A stretch of DNA of 64,000 nucleotides from Thermodesulfovibrionales bacterium. GTDB lineage: Bacteria > Nitrospirota > Thermodesulfovibrionia > Thermodesulfovibrionales > SM23-35. The notes under the pieces were generated by a model. The model searched no databases, was not told where the DNA came from, and saw only the letters and a list, made by a program, of their open reading frames with translations. Location: contig CAVQRT010000030.1 in assembly GCA_963715195.1 (NCBI GenBank), forward strand, positions 224,001 through 288,000. Direction: 5' to 3'. This document shows, in pieces, positions 61,456 through 64,000 of the stretch. Both the position numbers and the translations under genes were made by a program. Numbering within the stretch: position 1 is the stretch's first letter; every line of letters begins with the position of its first letter.

Positions 61456-62016
61456 TTGACAGATACATCGCTGTTGCCCTCTTCCTTTACTATGGTTTTT
61501 CGGAAAGTGGATGCCAATACGCAGCAACTCAGCACTTCTCAAATTATTCAGTTGCCGCGGGAAGACGTTTTTGAGTTTTTCAAAGATCCCCGGAATCTCT
61601 CTGAAATAACGCCGGCCTGGCTTCAATTCAGAATGCTCGATCATGCCGCGGGAGAGAGGGTATTCGAAGGAGCTGAATACGATTACAGCATCAAATGGCT
61701 ACCGTGGTTGGGGAGAACCAAGTGGAGAAGCCGGATCGTCCGCTACCTGCCTCCGGAAAGATTCACCGATATTCAGGTCATAGGGCCGTACACCTCATGG
61801 GAACATCTCCACACATTCGAGGAAGTTTCAGAAGGCACCAGCATGAAGGATATCGTTACATACCGGCTTCCCTTCGGGCTCATCGGAAAATTTGCGCACC
61901 ATATCCTGATTAGGGATCAGCTTGAGGACATATTTTCCTACAGGGCCATGAGAATCAATGAGTGGGCGTCGGGGACATTTGACCTGGAAAGAAAAGCAAA
62001 GGTCAAAACCGGATAG
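61456..62016 (+). CDS. SRPBCC family protein
   Basis: VFEFF.DP.NL..ITP, W.S.I, F.D.Q..GP...W.H.H.F; start uncertain. Confidence 0.82.
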   Translation: MTDTSLLPSSFTMVFRKVDANTQQLSTSQIIQLPREDVFEFFKDPRNLSEITPAWLQFRMLDHAAGERVFEGAEYDYSIKWLPWLGRTKWRSRIVRYLPPERFTDIQVIGPYTSWEHLHTFEEVSEGTSMKDIVTYRLPFGLIGKFAHHILIRDQLEDIFSYRAMRINEWASGTFDLERKAKVKTG

Positions 62017-62109
62017 GCTTAATATATAAATATATTACTTTACATATTATGGTTAATCATTTAGACTATTAATTAGCTGTCGATACATATAATCCTGTCA
62101 CCGTCAGTC

Positions 62110-62187
62110 TGTCATTCCTGCTTGGCCGGAATCTATCTGACAGCTTCTGTGAAGGATTCCCGACGCGTTTCACTTGTTGGGATGACA
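62110..62187 (+). repeat. REP-like element
   Basis: TGTCATTCCTGCTTGGCCGGAATCT..GATTCCCGAC..GTTGGGATGACA. Confidence 0.75.
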
Positions 62188-62334
62188 GTATCTTGAGCTT
62201 TCTTGGTTACTTTATTTGGATGCTTTTTGAATTATTGCGTGCTTGTTTCATGCCTTAAGGGTATTTTTTTCAGCAAGAGAATATTCAGCAATCCGGACAT
62301 GAAGTTAGGTGCTCCGATGAAAGGAGGTTTAGCA

Positions 62335-62397
62335 ATGACAATCAGAAAGGTCCCGAAGAGAGCATCACTGACATGCAAATGCAAGAGTTCCTGTTAA
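62335..62397 (+). CDS. 20-aa Cys-rich peptide [20 protein letters not shown]
   Basis: Strong RBS AAAGGAGG 7 nt before ATG. Confidence 0.55.
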   Translation: MTIRKVPKRASLTCKCKSSC

Positions 62398-62488
62398 TAT
62401 CAATGAGGGCTTAATTGCGGAGACGGTTTTTAGTGCATTTCACTGTCGTTTTGCCCTCACAACAATACCGATAAGGAGGATCTGTACG

Positions 62489-62680
62489 ATGACAAAATAT
62501 GTCTGCACAGCTTGCGGTTATGTTTATGATCCGGCTCAGGGAGACCCTGATTCAGGGATTAAACCCGGCACACCTTTTGAGCAATTGCCGGATGACTGGG
62601 TTTGTCCTGTCTGTGGTGCTGCGAAATCCATGTTTGTCGAGGAGGGCGCCGGGTACAAAGAGCACGGACTTAAGAAATAA
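62489..62680 (+). CDS. Rubredoxin
   Basis: [26 protein letters not shown]. Confidence 0.95.
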   Translation: MTKYVCTACGYVYDPAQGDPDSGIKPGTPFEQLPDDWVCPVCGAAKSMFVEEGAGYKEHGLKK

Positions 62681-62727
62681 GAAAACAGAGAGAATTCATA
62701 TCTCGGGAAAGCGCATTCACTTTTGCG

Positions 62728-63480
62728 ATGGAAAATCTATTTGATGAGTATCGAAATTTTCTTAAGGATACGATACGTCAGCGTATCGATTTCCGTCTCA
62801 CTGATCAGAACAAGGGGATAGCTCCGCCACCCATTCAAATACCTTACTCTGCGGATAGCTTTCGTATAGATCTTGTTGCAAAAGAGAACTGGCATAATGT
62901 TGCCAGCCCTGATCTCATATCCGTCATACAAAACAGGAGAAGCCACAGGCATTTCAAGGCTGCCCCCATCAGCTTGGAAGACCTGTCCTTCCTTCTGTGG
63001 GCTACCCAGGGCATAACGACGACCAGAGACAAAACTGCTGCATTTCGAACGGTACCTTCTGCCGGTTGCCGCCATGCCCTCGAGACATATCTGTGCATTT
63101 TGAACATTGCAGGATTGGAAACAGGTATCTATCGTTACCTGCCGGTCGAACATGAGCTACTTTTGGTATCAAAAAACAAAAATCTTGCAGACGACATCGT
63201 GACTGCAACTTTTTACCAGTCGTTCATCGGGAAAGCCCCGGTGACCTTTATCTGGACAGCTGTCCCGTATCGCATGGAATGGCGGTACCATCTCGCAGCA
63301 CACAAGGTCATCGCGATCGATGCCGGGCATGTCTGCCAGAACCTCTACTTGGCGAGTGCAGCAATCGGGGCAGGTACATGTGCAGTTGCTGCATATCACC
63401 AGGAGATACTGGACCAGCTTCTGGGGGTTGATGGAAAGGATGAGTTCGCGATTTACCTTGCTGCAGTGGGCAAAATATGA
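62728..63480 (+). CDS. SagB/ThcOx-family dehydrogenase (nitroreductase fold)
   Basis: RRSHR.F, LLWATQG, RTVPSAG..H.LE.Y, DAGH..QN. Confidence 0.85.
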   Translation: MENLFDEYRNFLKDTIRQRIDFRLTDQNKGIAPPPIQIPYSADSFRIDLVAKENWHNVASPDLISVIQNRRSHRHFKAAPISLEDLSFLLWATQGITTTRDKTAAFRTVPSAGCRHALETYLCILNIAGLETGIYRYLPVEHELLLVSKNKNLADDIVTATFYQSFIGKAPVTFIWTAVPYRMEWRYHLAAHKVIAIDAGHVCQNLYLASAAIGAGTCAVAAYHQEILDQLLGVDGKDEFAIYLAAVGKI

Positions 63481-63567
63481 TTTTGCTTTATTGGTGATCG
63501 TTTAGCCTTACGCCATCATGTCCAAAATATAAACTATGCCACTATAAAAACAAAATATTTCTTCAGC

Positions 63568-63999
63568 TTATTCGAATCGTATGCGTATCTCGTCATGCAA
63601 ATCGACTTTTATTCCGGGAATATCCTGCATCAGCAGCTTGGATTCCTCCATAGATTTCGGCAAAGCCGGGCTCAACTTTGTAAACAGTTCCGGCATCTCC
63701 ATCACTTTTCCAAAGTCTAATTCTGCTAACGTGATCTTTGAGCCTTCTCTGTGAGAGGCATTCGTTTCAACAATGTTGCCATCAACTGCTACCGTTAACG
63801 TTATTTTCATTCCTTGAAACAGTTGCTTTACCTGAGCTGTCATTTCTTCCGATGGCTTGTCATTATTTTGAGACGGTTGTGTATTTTCAGAACTCTCTGA
63901 TTTTGAATTCATGCTGCTTCTTGGAGATTTGATAATAAGTTCTGCCGGGTTCCCTTTGTGAAAGGTGAAGATGACATATTCTTTTTCGTTTCTGTCAGT
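63568..63999 (-). CDS. Hypothetical protein (5' partial)
   Basis: Frame stays open to window end: ..EYVIFTFHKGNPAELII..V.G.IVETNA. Confidence 0.7.
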   Translation of the reverse strand, partial: TDRNEKEYVIFTFHKGNPAELIIKSPRSSMNSKSESSENTQPSQNNDKPSEEMTAQVKQLFQGMKITLTVAVDGNIVETNASHREGSKITLAELDFGKVMEMPELFTKLSPALPKSMEESKLLMQDIPGIKVDLHDEIRIRFE

Positions 64000-64000
64000 A

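Noticed and set aside
1..64000. CRISPR array, tRNA/rRNA, prophage, integron
   Set aside because: No repeat-spacer array, tRNA/rRNA signature, phage gene or integrase seen
1..64000. Many antisense or overlapping ORFs in the track (e.g. 4509-5150, 55114-55818, 58324-58989)
   Set aside because: Shadow frames of well-supported genes on the other strand

Overview
Bacterial chromosome segment of moderate GC. Gene content resembles an anaerobic Nitrospirota (Thermodesulfovibrionia-like) or deltaproteobacterium; this is an inference. Housekeeping blocks (rmuC, queC, kdsC-pgsA-plsY, prpE, RRM-rpsU-infC, xseAB, DEAD helicase, slt, zapBA, bioW, mnmA, aroKB, pit/DUF47, phoBR) flank an accessory, partly decaying region at about 13.4-38 kb. 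That region holds phoU, an MFS transporter, a dead TA pair, a broken arsC-acr3, a B12 riboswitch with its TonB receptor, a 6S RNA, and a lexA-dinB/SRAP SOS cassette hit by a MITE. Main observations not in the ORF track: (1) a probable selenocysteine-containing exported cytochrome c with an SbtA-like leader, an in-frame UGA and a SECIS-like hairpin at 33.06-33.45 kb, which also has a 1-nt frameshift at codon 5-6; (2) nine promoters built from 11-bp-period (G/T)T(A/C)A(C/T) repeats 15-16 nt before a -10 box. Seven look like PHO boxes and drive a porin, a PHP/glucosyltransferase pair, a phoA stub, two paralogous 4-Cys microproteins, a zinc-ribbon gene and arsC; two drive ORF-less C-rich hairpin RNAs; (3) rpsU and infC both appear to start at non-canonical AUH codons; (4) short tandem and palindromic repeats inserted in frame into queC and mnmA. 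All calls come from reading motifs by eye; no searches were run.
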